This document shows, piece by piece, positions 13,343 through 27,675 of a DNA stretch of 55,259 bases. Source of the DNA: Prorocentrum cordatum (taxonomy: Eukaryota); assembly GCA_963575745.1 (NCBI GenBank), contig CAUYUJ010000172.1:62001-117259 (forward strand), given 5' to 3'. Under the pieces are notes generated by a model. It was not told the origin of the DNA, ran no database searches, and saw nothing but the letters and a program-made list of their open reading frames with translations. The position numbers and the translations under genes were made by a program. Each line of letters begins with the position of its first letter. The first letter of the stretch is position 1.

Positions 13343-13905
13343 TCCTCCCCCTCATCCTCGTCCTCCTCCTCCTCCTCCTCCTCCTCCTGCTCCTCCTCCT
13401 CCCCCCTCCTCCCTCTCCTCCACCTCCTCTTCTCCTCCTCCTCCTCCTCCTCCTCTTCCTCCTCCTCCTCTCCTCCTCCCTCCTCCTTCTCCTCCTCCTC
13501 CCCCCCTCCTTCTCCTCCTCCTCCACCTCCTCTTCTCCTCCTCCTCCTCCTCCGCCTCCTTTTCCTCCTCTTAAGCCCATTTCGGCCCGAGCGCGCATTT
13601 TGCAGCAGCGGGCCGAAGCCTCTCACGTCCACGTTCGTGCTTGAAGGGCAGCGGACTTTCCACGCTCCACGCCCAGATCGCGTGGCCAGTTCCGCTGGCA
13701 ACGAGAGGCAACATCAGTTAGAGAAGCTATGCCCTCCTCCGCGCGTGGCCCGTGGTCTGCATGCAAGGCCTGTGGCGCGTGCGAGTACAACTCACTTGGA
13801 TTCCTCACTCCAGCGCCTCCTTCGTCCGTCCTGCTGCCGCCCCTCTCCTTCCTCCAGATTCCTCCCTCCTGCTCCGCCTCCTTCTCCGCAGTTGTGGGCG
13901 CGAGC

Positions 13906-13999
13906 CTTTGCGGGCGTACACGACCTTGCTGGCGGCGTCCACATCTTCCATCACGAATATCAGGTCGGAGAACTTCATCTTGATCGGGAAGTCGCCGCC
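13906..13999 (-). CDS. AAA+ ATPase exon E with Walker B: GGDFPIKMKFSDLIFVMEDVDAASKVVYARK
   Basis: 94 nt, cag|GGC acceptor and AAAG|gc donor. IFVMEDVD matches the BCS1-type Walker B (hhhhEDxD). Confidence 0.92.
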
Positions 14000-14265
14000 C
14001 TGATTCTTGAATTAGCACGCGAGAAGTGGCGGAGAAGAGGGGGACGACGACGACGACGACGACAACGACGACGACGATGACCACGACAACGACGACGACG
14101 ACGCCGGCGAGGGCGAGGACAAGGACAAGGGCGGAGAGGGGGGAAGGGGGCAGGAGAGGACGAGCAGGGGGTGGCGGGAGGAGGACGGGGAGGAACGTGT
14201 GGATTGCCACCGAGGAGTGCGGGGGAAAAGGGGACTTGAGCAAGGACTGGCCGACCCGGCATTCC

Positions 14266-14566
14266 TATAGGCCTACCACGACATGTTCTTAGAATCCCAA
14301 GCATGTTCTAAGAACAACAACTTGTTTTGGTCTGCGGGTCGAGAGCGGGCCTCTTCCGGTTAAGAGCTAGGCGGGGCGCGCAAAGCACTAATTGGGGAGA
14401 CAGGGCGCGGGCGGGCGGGGCCCCAGGCGGCCCCTAAGAACAAAAACACATGTTCTTAGAACATAAGCCCGACGTGTTACAACAGGGCAGACTCAACCAG
14501 ACATGTTCTAAGAACATTTCGTGCAGACCACGAAAGGTTCTTAGAACATTCCTTGGAAGGCCTATA
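14266..14566. mobile_element. MITE-like element, TIR tataggcct.cca.g, with reiterated tgttct(t)agaaca motifs
   Basis: Inverted termini and at least five internal quasi-palindromic motif copies. Confidence 0.7.
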
Positions 14567-15079
14567 TCGGCGAGCCAAGACGCCTCGCTACTGCTTGGGG
14601 GAGGACGGCCCCTGCCGTGCCGACGCCGGGGCTCACGGCCGCCGTGCTGCTGCCAAGGCCGCGGACGGAGGAGCGGAGGCGCTCTCGTGGCCACGGCGAG
14701 AGCCGCGGCCACGAGAGCTCCCCAGCTCCTCCTCCTCCTCCTCCTCCTCCTCCTCCTCCTCCTCCTCCTCCTCCTCCTCCCTCCTCCTCCTCCTCCTCCT
14801 CCTCCTCCTCCTCCTCCTCCTCCTCCTCCTCCTCCTCCTCCTCCTCCCCCCCGCCCGGCCCAGCTCTTCCCAGGAGCGCACTGGGCGTTCCTGCTGCCGT
14901 TCTGCACCTGCTGGCTCCTGACAAACTAAAAAACCACGTCTCTTGTTGCGTTGTTTACCGTGTTTGTTTAAAGCGCTTCCAGGCACGCTGCTGTGAACAT
15001 ATATTTATATATGTATATATAGATGTACATATACACATATACTTATACAGAGACACATAAATAAGCATATGTATTTGCG

Positions 15080-15112
<33 letters not shown>

Positions 15113-16001
15113 ATATATATATACGCGTTGTTCTTCGGTTTTGCGTGTTTGGATGCATTGTCAAAGGCTGCGCCTTGTCTTCCCTGCCGTCCTCGCTCCC
15201 GCTCTCCTGCTCCTGCCGCCTCCCGCCCCTCCCGCCCCCCGCGCAGAGCGCAAAGCTGACGCGGCCCCCCCCGCCAAAGCGCCCTAAGCCCTGGTCCAAA
15301 GCAGGCGCGGAAGAGGCCCAGAGGCCCCACGGCCGGCCAGCAGCGACGACCGGAGACGAGCTAGACTATTGTAAAACAAACGCCGGGAGAACTGGGACCC
15401 AAGCAGAGGGAACTGAGGACGTAGTAGACGGCAACGCGAAACAGCGCAATCAACTGATCTGAAAACGCCCAGAGAAAGGGAGCTCAACACGTAGAAGCAA
15501 GACGTCGCGTTTGAGCGTGCTTCATTCTTGCTGGGGCCTGACACCGCTAACCAAATCATGAGGTCCAACACGCCGAGCTCAAAACGGGAGACAAAAACGC
15601 CCAGGGCAGATTCAAGAAGGGCCAAGCCCACCCAGAACGAAAGAACGGCGCGCCGACCGGAGCCCCGTCCTGAGCCCAAAGTGGTCCTTACAATCGGAGC
15701 TCGACCACCAGAAACCTTCCGCTAGAAACCCAACTCTGAGACCCCAGGACTACCTCATCCCTCCTGCCTCCGAACTCACACGTCCCGCCTGCTGCTTCTT
15801 GCCTGCTTCCGCCATCCTGCCACGTACCTCTGCCTACCTCCTGTCCTCCTATCTCCCCCGGCCTCCCTGCATCCAGACCCACCCTGCCGCCTACCCTGCC
15901 CTTCCGCCTCCACCCGCCCTCCCTCGGTCAAGAGTTGGAGCCGAAGGAGCGTCCCCTCCACCCCTCCGATAGCCCCCCCCGTGGACAGAGCAGCCCCGGT
16001 C

Positions 16002-16043
16002 CTGGACGGGAAACACCAAGTCGAAAAGGAGGTCCATCAGCTC
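16002..16043 (-). CDS. AAA+ ATPase exon D: ELMDLLFDLVFPVQ
   Basis: 42 nt, cag|GAG acceptor and CAG|ga donor. Joins TNQ-ELMD upstream and PVQ-GGDF downstream in frame. Confidence 0.88.
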
Positions 16044-16502
16044 CTGGCTGTCCGACGCCCAAAGGGGGGGAAGGGGGGGGGGCAGGGGGGGAGCTCGCCT
16101 GGGACTGCACGAGGAGGGGGATGATGAGGAGAATAGGGGGAGAAAGATTTCGGGGTTGGGAGGAGTGGAAGAGGGTTGCATTTTACGCTGGCTTGCGCGG
16201 CTACTTGGAGTCCTGGGGATTTCTCGGATATCCCACAAGTCTTGGGGGGGTTCTGGGGGGATGGAGGAGGAGGTTGAGGAGGAAGAGGAGGAGGACCAGC
16301 GTAAACCCAAGGCGCATCAGCGATGTTGTAAGAAGCTTTCTCTCCAAATTACCTCTCCATAGATCCCTGTAACAATATTTTGTCCCAACCCTCCTGCGTT
16401 GGGTTCTCGTTTTGAATAGAGCACTGCTCGCGCGTCTCCTTCCCACCCCCTCCCGTCCCTCTCTTCCCCCCTGCCTTTCGCCTCGCTCGTCGCTGCGTGC
16501 CA

Positions 16503-18525
16503 GCTGGGGGCTGCGATCTGTGAAACCGTCGCCACTTTCGGGGCCTGCTGGGGGGCCCAGCACGGTGGGTACCCACGGCGGACTCAAATGGGACCTCGCC
16601 ATCCCTGGGGGGCTGCGATCTGTGAAACTGTCGCGACTTTCGAGGCCTGCTGGGGGGCCCAGCACAGTGGGTACCCACGGCGGACTCAAATGGGACTTCG
16701 CCATCCCTGGGGGGCTGCGATCTGTGAAACTGTCGCCACTTTCGAGGCCTGCTGGGGGGCCCAGCGCAGTGGGTACCCACGGCGGAGTCACATGGGACCT
16801 CGCCATCCCTGCCGGGCTGCGATCTGTGAAACTGTCGCACTTTCGAGGCCTGCTGGGGGGCCCAGCACAGTGGGTACCCACGGCGGACTCAAATGGGACC
16901 TCGCCATCCCTGCCGGGGTGCGATCTGTGAAACTGTCGCCACTTTCGAAGGCTGCTGGGGGGCCCAACACAGTGGGTACACACGGCGGATTGAAATTGCA
17001 CCTCGCCATCCCTGGGGGGCTGCGATTTGTGAAACTGTCGCCGTTTTCGAGGCCTGCTGGGGGGCCCAGCGCAGTGGGCACACACGGCGGATTGACACTG
17101 CACCTCGCCATCCCTGGGGGGCTGCGATCTGTGAAACCGTCGCCACTTTCGAAGCCTTCTGGGGGGCCCAGCACAGTGGGTACCCACGGCGGATTCAAAT
17201 TCGACCTCGCCATCCCTGGGGGGCTGCGATCTGTGAAACTGTCGCCACTTTCGAAGCCTGCTGGGGGGCCCAGCACAGCGGGTACCCACGGCTGACTCAA
17301 ATGGGACCTCGCCATCCCTGGAGGGCTGCGATCTGTGCAACTGTCGCCACTTTCGAGGCCTGCTGGGGGGCCCAGCACACTGGGTACACACGGCGGATTC
17401 AAATGAGACCTCGCTATCCCTGGGGGGCTGCGATCAGTGAAACTGTCGCCACTTTCGAAGCCTGCTGGGGGGCCCCGCACAGTGGGTACCCACGGCGGAC
17501 TTAAATGGGACCTCGCCATCCTTGCCGGGCTGCGATCTGTGAAACTGTCGCCACTTTCGAGGGCTGCTGGGGGGCCCAGCACAGTGGGTACCCACGGCGG
17601 ACTCAAACGGACCTCGCCATCCCTGGGGGGCTGCGATCTGTGAAGCTGTCGCCACTTTCGAAGCCTGCTGGGGGCCCAGCACAGTGGGCACCCACGGCGG
17701 ATTGAAATTGCACCTCGCCGTCCCTGGGGGGCTGCGATCTGTGAAACTGTCGCCACTTTCGCGGCCTGCTGGGGTGCCCAGCACAGTGGGTACCCACGGC
17801 GGACTCAAATGAGACCTCGCCATCCCTGGGGGGGTGCGATCTGTGCAACCGTCGCCACTTTCGAGGCCTGCTGGGGGGGCCAGCACAGTGGGTACCCACG
17901 GCGGATTGACACTGCACCTCGCCATCCCTGGGGACCTCGCCATCCCTGGGGGGCTGCGATCTGTGAAACTGTCGCAACTTTTGAAGCCTGCTGGGGGGGC
18001 CAGCGCAGTGGGTACCCACCGCAGATTCAAACTCGAACTCGCCATCCCTGGGGGGCTGCGATCTGTGAAACCGTCGCCACTTTCGAGGGCTGCTGAGGGG
18101 CCCAGCACAATGGGTACCCGCCGCAGATTTTAATTAGACCTCGCTATCCCTGGGGGGGCTGCGATCAGTGAAACTGATGCCACTTTCGAAGGCTGCTGAG
18201 GGGCCCAGCACAGTGGGCACCCACGGCGGACTCAAATGGGACCTCGCCATCCCTGGGGGGGCGGCGATCTGTGAAACTGTCGTCACTTTCGAGGGCTGCT
18301 GAGGGGCACAGCACAGAAGGTATTCACCGCAGACTCGGATTAGACCTCGCCATCCCTGGGGGGCTGCAATCTGTGAAACTGTCGTTACTTTCAAGGCCTG
18401 CTGATGGGGCCCAACACAGTGGGTACTTACCGCAGACGCAGATTAGACCTCGCAGTCCCTGGGGGGCTGCGATCTGTGAAACTGTCGCCACTTTCGAGGG
18501 CTGCTGAGGGGCCCAGCACAGTGGG
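16503..18525 (+). repeat. 102-bp tandem satellite, about 20 copies
   Basis: ctgcgatctg at 16511, 16613, 16715 and onward. Confidence 0.97.
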
Positions 18526-18989
18526 CTTCCCGCACGTCTTTCTCCTGCTCTTCGTTCCCGGCTCCCCATGTCCTCTTCGAGGCTGTAGTTGTCGCCCCTC
18601 GTTTTTGTACGGTTCTCCTGCGCATCATTCCATAGGCGCGTGTCCTAAGTAGCTTACATATCAAACAAAGGATCCTGCAATTTGATTGTCCATGCAAGTT
18701 TCGGCCAACTCGTCGTTTCCCATGATACAAATGGGCGGGTACGTCACAGGGTATTTTTCTTCTGCGGGAAATGCGACGGTGGAAGACAAGCGTATGAAAA
18801 TCATCGACCGTGCCAAAGCACAACTCCTAAGACTCCAACGCCGCGAATCAACGTTACTGTTGCGTTCTGACGACCCTGCAACGTGCGTGAACACCATCCC
18901 TGGAGCATCAACACTACGAACCAACGTGACTGTTGCACCCTGACGGTCTGGCATCGTGCTAGCACATCGATTCTGGAACGTCAACCACG

Positions 18990-19425
18990 AGAGCCCTTGA
19001 AACTGTTATAACATCTTGGGGCGAATGTGCGCGGCACTACCGCGACAATCACACTTTGAACACCAACCCCCTCCATCCCTTAGAGCGTTGCGAACTTGTG
19101 CGACGACTGTGCACTGCGCTGAAACGAGAACAACAGCCTGAAAATGGCCCACCCTCCATCCGTGAAGCTCTTGCACGCTTGTGCAACGAATGTGCGCGGC
19201 GCGAAGGCGAGAACTACATTTTGAAAACATCCTGACCTCCATCCGTAAAGCCCTTGTAAACTTTTGCAACGAATATGCGCGGCGCTTTGGCGTCAACAAC
19301 ATTTTGAGAAATGTCAGCCTTCCATCCGCGAGTCTCATGCATACATACGAAACGAACGTGCGCGGCGCTAGGGCGAGATTTGCATATTGGAAACGGCCTT
19401 CCCTCCATCAGTGAAGCTCTTGCAA
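18990..19425 (+). repeat. diverged 83-bp tandem repeat, about 5 copies
   Basis: (c/t)tccatc at 19071, 19154, 19237, 19320, 19403. Confidence 0.85.
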
Positions 19426-19894
19426 CGTCTAAGCTTCAGGATCATACATGGTGATGAAGTCTCAAGCGAAACGCCCGCCCCGCCCTCTCAACGCGCCTCG
19501 GGGTGCGCCAGGGGGTTGTTTATGAGACACACGGATGGAGGATGAGGAGGAGGAGGAGGATGGAGGAAGAAAGGGAGGCAAAACAGGAGGAGGCGGAGGA
19601 TATCATACACGGAATTGCTTGGTTGTTCTAGTGTGGTATATTCTTGATCGTTTCAGGGGTTGGGGGGTGTCCGGATCAAGGAGGAGGAGGACGACGAAGT
19701 GACTACGGAGAGAAGGTGAAAGAGGAAGAGGAGGACGAGGAGGAGGAAGAGAATGAATAGTTGAGGAGGGAGAAGAGGAGACGAAGGAATCGGAGGATAG
19801 TAAGGAGGAGGAGGAGGAGGAAGAGGATAATGGCAAGGGCAAGAAGAGGAGACGGACGCTCCGAAGGTGCAGGGGGAAGCAGTGGAACCCCCCA

Positions 19895-20930
19895 TGGTGC
19901 CACGAAGCGCTGCCCTGGGTGGGGGAACCGCATGCGAGAGCAGCCACTGGGGCCTTCGGTGGAGCTCCCTATGGGTCACGAAGCGCTGCCCTGGGTGGGG
20001 GAACCGCATGCGAGAGCAGCCACTGGGGCCTTCGGTGGAGCTCTCTATGGGGCCACGAAGCGCTGCCCTGGGTGGGGGAACCGCACGCGAAAGCAGCCAC
20101 TGGGGCCTTCGGTGGAGCTCCCTGTGGGGCCACGAAACGCTGCCCTGGGAAAAGGGGAACCGCATGCGAGAGCAGCCACTGGGGCCTTCGGTGGAGCCCC
20201 CTATGGGGCCACGAAGCGCTGCCCTGGGCGGGGGAACCGCATGCGAGAGCAGCCGCTGGGGCCTTCGGTGGAGCTCCCTATGGGGCCGCGAAGCGCTGCC
20301 CTGGGTGGGGGAACCGCATGCGAAAGCATCCACTGGGGCCTTCGGTGGACCTCCCCATGGGGCCACGAAGCGCTGCCCTGGGACGGGGGGGCAGCACGCG
20401 AGAGCAGCCACTGGGGCCTTCGGTGGAGCCCCCTATGGGGCCACGAAACGCTGCCCTGGGCGGGGGAACCGCATGCGAGAGCAGCCACTGGGGCATTCGG
20501 TGGAACTCCCTATGGGGCCACGAAGCGCTGCCCTGGGTGGGGGAACCGCATGCGAGAGCAGCCACTGGGGCCTTCGTTGGAACTACCTACGGGGCCACGA
20601 AGAGCTGCCCTGGGTACGGGGACCGCATGCGAACTGCGCCACTGGGGCCTTCGGTGGAGCTCCCTATGGGGCCACGAAGCGCTGCCATGGGTGGGGGAAC
20701 CGCATGCGAGAGCAGCCACTGGGGCCTTCGGTGGAGCTCTCTATGGGGCCACGAAGCGCTGCCCTGGGTGGGGGAACCGCATGCGAAAGCAGCCACTGGG
20801 GCCTTCGGTGGAGCTCCCTATGGGGCCACGAAGCGCTGCCCTGGGTGGGGGAACCGCATGCGAGAGCAACCGTTGGGGCCTTCGGTGGAGCTCCCTATGG
20901 GGCTACGGAGCGTGTGAGGGGTGTGCCGAG
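19895..20930 (-). repeat. 77-bp tandem satellite, about 13 copies, a variant of the 90-bp satellite in opposite orientation
   Basis: Unit ccacgaagcgctgccctgggtgggggaaccgcatgcgagagcagccactggggccttcggtggagctccctatgggg. Confidence 0.95.
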
Positions 20931-21319
20931 AGCAGAAGCAAGGAGGGGGAGGAGGGACCCAGGAGGGAGGGGGCAGCGGGAGGAGGAGACGCTGGGACCG
21001 TCTCTTCAAAACGAGGACCCAACACCACATGATGGTTGGGAAATGTTCAAAAATTACTCCGACGGAAGGACCCCGCATGAGAATCTTCTGGGCGAATCTG
21101 GAAAAAGCCCTCACCGTCGTCCTCGTGGTTGGTGAGGCGTCCTGGCTGTCTCTTCTGCGTATATGTCTTCTCGCCCTGGCGCGGGCCCTCCCCCCGCTCC
21201 CTACGTTGCCCCCGACCTCGCCCTTTTGTTTTGGCTCCGTACATTCAGAAAGTGGCCCGGGAGTGGTGTTCTGGGGGCACGAAGAACACGAAGTGGCCTA
21301 CAGGTGGCTCTGGGCATTC

Positions 21320-22215
21320 AAAATGTGGCCTGGGAGTGGCGTTCTGGCAGCGCGAGAGCCCAAAAGTGGCGCCAGTTACACGAATCGGATGACCCGCTCG
21401 GATTAGTAACATGATCCGCGGGCCCCATAGGGAGGGGGCTCCCGCTTGAGACTTCCTCGCAATTCACTTACAAATGTGGCCTGGGAGTGGCGTTCTGGCA
21501 GCGCGAGAGCCCAAACGTGGCGCCAGTTACACGAATCGGATGACCCGCTCGGATTAACAGCATGACCCGCGGGCCCCATAGGGAGGGGGCTCCCGCTTGA
21601 GACTTCCTCGCAATTCACTCACAAATGTGGCCTGGGAGTGGCGTTCTGGCAGCGCGAGAGCCCAAAAGTGGCGCCAGTTACACGAATCGGCTGACCCGCT
21701 CGGATGAACAACATGACCCGCGGGCCCCATAGGGAGGGGGCTCCCGCTTGAGACTTCCTCGCAATTCACTCACACATGTGGCCTGGGAGTGGCGTTCTGG
21801 CAGCGCGAGAGCCCAAAAGTGGCGACAGTTACAGGAAACGGATGGCCCGCTCGGATTAATAACATGATCCGCGGGCCCCATAGGGAGGGGGCTCACGCTT
21901 GAGACTTCCTCGCAATTCACTTACAGATGTGGCCTGGGAGTGGCGTTCTGGCAGCGCGAGAGCCCCAAAGTGGCGACAGTTACAGGAAACGGATGGCCCG
22001 CTCGGATTAGTAACATGATCCGCGGGCCCCATAGGGAGGGGGCTCCCGCTTGAGACTTCCTCGCAATTCACTTACCTGGGAATGGCGTTCTGGCAGCGCG
22101 AGAGCCCAAAGTGGCGACAGTTACAGGAATCGGAAGACCCGCTCGGATTAGTAACATGATCCGCGGGCCCCATAGGGAGGGGGCTCCCGCTTGAGACTTC
22201 CTCGCAATTCACTCA
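21320..22215 (+). repeat. 151-bp tandem satellite, about 6 copies
   Basis: Unit aatgtggcctgggagtggcgttctggcagcgcgagagccc..gagacttcctcgcaattcac. The ORF track recurs at 151-nt spacing. Confidence 0.97.
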
Positions 22216-22741
22216 CAGACGAGGCCCAAGGCGAGGGAGTGAGTGAGTGACTGACTGACTGACTGGTAATGATGATGATCATCACACTCTCTCACGCGCA
22301 CACTCGTCATCATCATATGTGAGTGCTGATGAGTGAGTGAGTGAGTGAGTGAGTGAGTGAGTGAGTGAGTGAGTGAGTGAGTGAGTGAGTGTGTGAGGGA
22401 TGATGAGTGAGTGAGTGAGTGAGTGAGGAATGAGTGATGATGATGATGGTGGGTTCCTTTTCCTGCGCGGGGTGTCCAGAGAAAACAAGAACCCCACTTG
22501 GATGTGGGGAAATACTCCAAAAATAATCTGGGGACTATTTTTTTTATATTTTTTTTTGACCTTTGGGGGTATTTTGGGGGTGCGTTGTATTTCTCGTCGA
22601 AAATCCCCCTGTAGGGGGACACGCCCGACATAGTCCTGGACCCGGGGGGCTTCCCCTGGGACCACGTCTTCCTCCCGAGTCGCCTTCTGATGGCCCCGGG
22701 GCCGTGGAAGCCCCCAGGAAGAGAAGGAGGCCCACCGGCTC

Positions 22742-22807
22742 CTGGTTCGTCTTGATCCTCGCGAGGTTCACGGACACGACGTGCCGGTTCAGGTGGTGCG
22801 CCAACGC
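22742..22807 (-). CDS. AAA+ ATPase exon C: ALAHHLNRHVVSVNLARIKTNQ
   Basis: 66 nt, gag|GCG acceptor and CAG|ga donor. Continues KTSLIK-ALA in frame. Confidence 0.92.
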
Positions 22808-23099
22808 CTCGCTGCGAGGGCGGGGGGGGGGAGGTCCGCGGGCGCTCGAAGTCGAGGACCCCGGGCTGGGAGGACGCAGACTGCCGGCAGAAGGGCAAGC
22901 AAATGGTTTTTGTGAAGGGAGGTGAATGGAAGAGGATAGTGCTGTTTTGGGCGGCATGTTTTCTTGGATTCGGGAGAATGGAAGGGAAGAGTGGAAGAGG
23001 AGAGTTGTTCCCAACCATCCTGTGGTGTTGGGTCCTCGTTTTGAAGAGACGGCGCCCCGCGTTCCTCACCTCCTCCTCCTCCCCCCCCCTCCCTCCTCC

Positions 23100-23223
<124 letters not shown>

Positions 23224-23224
23224 A

Positions 23225-24185
23225 AATCCACCCATTTCGGCACACCCCTCACACGTTTCGTGGCCCCATAGGGAGCTCCACCGAAGGCCCCAGTGGCAGG
23301 GTCCGCATGCCTCCCCACCACTCATTTCGGCACACCCCTCACACGTTTCGTGGCCCCATAGGGAGCTCCACCGAAGGCCCCAGTGGCTGCGTTCGCATGC
23401 CTCCCCACCACCCATTTCGGCACACCCCTCACACGTTTCGTGGCCCCATAGGGAGCTCCACCGAAGGCCCCAGTGGCTGCGTTCCGCATGCCTCCCCACC
23501 ACCATTTCGGCACACCCCTCACACGTTTCGTGGCCCCATAGGGAGCTCCACCGAAGGCCCCAGTGGCTGCGTTCGCATGCCTCCCCACCACCCATTTCGG
23601 CACACCCCTCACACGTTTCGTGGCCCCATAGGGAGCTCCACCGAAGGCCCCAGTGGCTGGGTTCGCATGCCTCCCCACCACCCATTTCGGCACACCCCTC
23701 ACACGTTTCGTGGCCCCATAGGGAGCTCCACCGAAGGCCCCAGTGGCCTGGTTCGTATGCCTCCCCAACACCCATTTCGGCACATCCCTCACACGTTTCG
23801 TGGCCCCATGGGGATTTCCACTGAAGGCCCCAGTGACTGGGTTCGCATGCGCCCCCACACCCATTTCGGCACACCCCTCACACGTTTCGTGGCACCATAG
23901 GGAGCTCCACCGAAGGCCCCAGTGGCTGCGTTCGCATGCCGCCCCCACACCAATTTCGGCACACCCCTCACACGTTCGTGGCCCCACAGGGAGCTCCACC
24001 GAAGGCCCCAGTGGCTGCGTTCGCATGCCGCCCCCACACCAACTTCGGTGCACCCCTCACACGTTTCGTGGCCCCATAAGGAGCTCCACCGAAGGCCCCA
24101 GTGGCAACGTTCGCATGCCGCCCCCACACCCATTTCGGCACACCCCTCAAACGGTTCGTGGCCCCATAGGGAGATCCACCGAAGA
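23225..24185 (+). repeat. 90-bp tandem satellite, about 10.5 copies, preceded by (CAT)n at 23100-23223
   Basis: c(c/t)catttcgg at 23231, 23321, 23411 and onward. Confidence 0.97.
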
Positions 24186-26376
24186 CGGTACTCACACCAG
24201 CATTACTCACAACTGCATATGGTTGGGTCCTTCGCCAGGCTTATTTTCTGGGGAACGTTGCTTATCTTGAGGGAGGAGAATGGAGGACAACCACGGCGCT
24301 TCGACCGCCACGAATATGTTGCTGCTTGCTGCCGGCGCTGGCCCAGGCGGACAACCCTTGCCTTCGGTCGGGCATGTCCCCCTGCAGGCGCATTTCGAAC
24401 GACAGATAAGAGGTAGTTAAAGCTATTCAACATGGTAATACATAATGGAAAAATCGCCCCCATACTATTATTTTACTACTTTGGAATATTCCTCCTGTAG
24501 TGGGATACGCCCGACTTAATCTTAGGAGGGAGGAGAGTGGAGGACAGCCGCGGCGCTCCGACCGCCACGAATCTGGTGCTGCTTGCTGCTGGCGCTGGCC
24601 CAGGCGGACAAACTCTTGCCCCCCCGATGAACATAATCCCGCCAGAAGAACCCCCTGTGACCATGACTGCCAGGGCAAGTCGCCGAGGAAGAGAGGGTGA
24701 GGAGGAGGAGGAGGAGGAGGAGGAGGAGGAGGAGGAGGAGGGGGGGGGGGAGGAGGAGGAGGAGGAGGGGAGGAGGAGGAGGAGGAGGAGGAGGAGGAGG
24801 AGGAGGAGGAGGAGGAGGAGGGAGGAGGAGGAGGGGGGGAGGAGGAGGAGGAGGAGGAGGAGGAGGAGGAGGAGGGGAGGAGGAGAGGAGATGACGATGG
24901 GGGAGGCGAGACGAGACGCGCGGAATCGTCACTGCGCGGGGGGGGGGGGGACGGGCCGAATTCGGCCTGCGCGGGGCGGCCGTGGCCGCAGGCCTCAGAT
25001 GCAGCAGTACGTGTCGACATCCTCGCGCGGCGCGCACTTCGGGAGCACCATCGTGCCACGCGCCCCTCTTGTGCGAAGTCATTGGATGTCTTGCGCCGCT
25101 TCCTGCGAGGGGGAGGGGGGAGGATGTCAGCGTGCCTCACCCTTTTTCGGCTCCGAGGGGCGTCCTGGCGGCCATGGCCAGAAGCGTGCTCAACGCGCAC
25201 CTCAGGTCAGGTCCGGGGGGGGCATCTGTTGGCGTGGGACTCCTGGCGCTCCTCGGAGGTTTCCAGGCCTGCTCTCGCCCTCCGAGAGGGCGACTTTTCA
25301 GAAGCCCTCCTGAGAAGCCTCCGTCCCCTCCAAACAACCTCCCTTTTTTCACAGAAGGCCGCCCCCCCCCTCCCCCTTCCCCCCCCCCCCTCGCCAAGCC
25401 TCCACCGGACTGGCAGCCCTGGGATGGGCCATGGGTCGAAACAGTGCTTCTCTCGGCTCCAGAACAAGGCTCCCATGCCGCCCTGACCCAGACACCAGGC
25501 GCTCTGCGTTCTTCCCCGGACCTCTCGACCCCTTCCCCCAGGGCTGGCGTTTCGTCCAGATCCGTTTCGTTCGGGGATGGACAGACCCCCCTTTAGCAAA
25601 ACGTGGTGTAGTGAAAACGACCTGAGGCCCCAACCTGGCGGGCGCAAGCCTGGAAAATGACGGCCACGGCGCCCTCTCGAGAACCGAAAACGGACAATTC
25701 ACTAATCGACGTGTCACTGCTGGGGGTTCTGTCAAGCCCCGATTCGTTGACTGCCCTGAGGAGCGAAAGCGGCCTCCAGAGGCCATAGAAAAGGGGACCA
25801 ACCGCCGACTCGATTTTGGTTTGTGCACTGGCTGTCTGGGCCCCGTCCTCGGAGGGCAGATCCTGGATCCCGGGTCCTCACATTCCAGATCCTGGCTCCA
25901 AAATTTCCTGGATCCTGGGTTCTTGGTCTGGGGTCCCAGATCCTCAGTCTTGGTCCTGGGTCGCGGGTCCTGCTTCCCAGACCCCAGATCCCTGACCTTA
26001 GATTTCGGATCGAGCAAGACCTGAAGCCTTATCAGCCGAACGAACAAGACACATATTCCAAACAAGCCCTACTGAATGAGCCATAATGAATACATGAAGA
26101 AGCCATCTCAGATCAGCCAAAAGCCATCCTGAATGAACACTGTGTATTGTACTGTACACTGTTCCAGCAGTTTCCACACAGTAGACGTACGTTTCTCGTA
26201 CTGTACACTTTTAGCTTCCCCTCTCCTCCCTCCCCCTCCGCCTCCCGCTCCCTCCCTCCCTCCCCCTCTCCCTCCGTCTCCTGCTCCCTCCCTCCCCCCC
26301 CATATTCCGTCCCTTCCCCTTCCACCTCCTGCGCCCTCTCCCCCCGCCTCCCGCTCCGACTCCCTCCACCTCTCCA

Positions 26377-27675
<1,299 letters not shown>

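Noticed and set aside
16201..18108. 34-aa repeat proteins
   Set aside because: Translation of the 102-bp satellite; frames shift between units.
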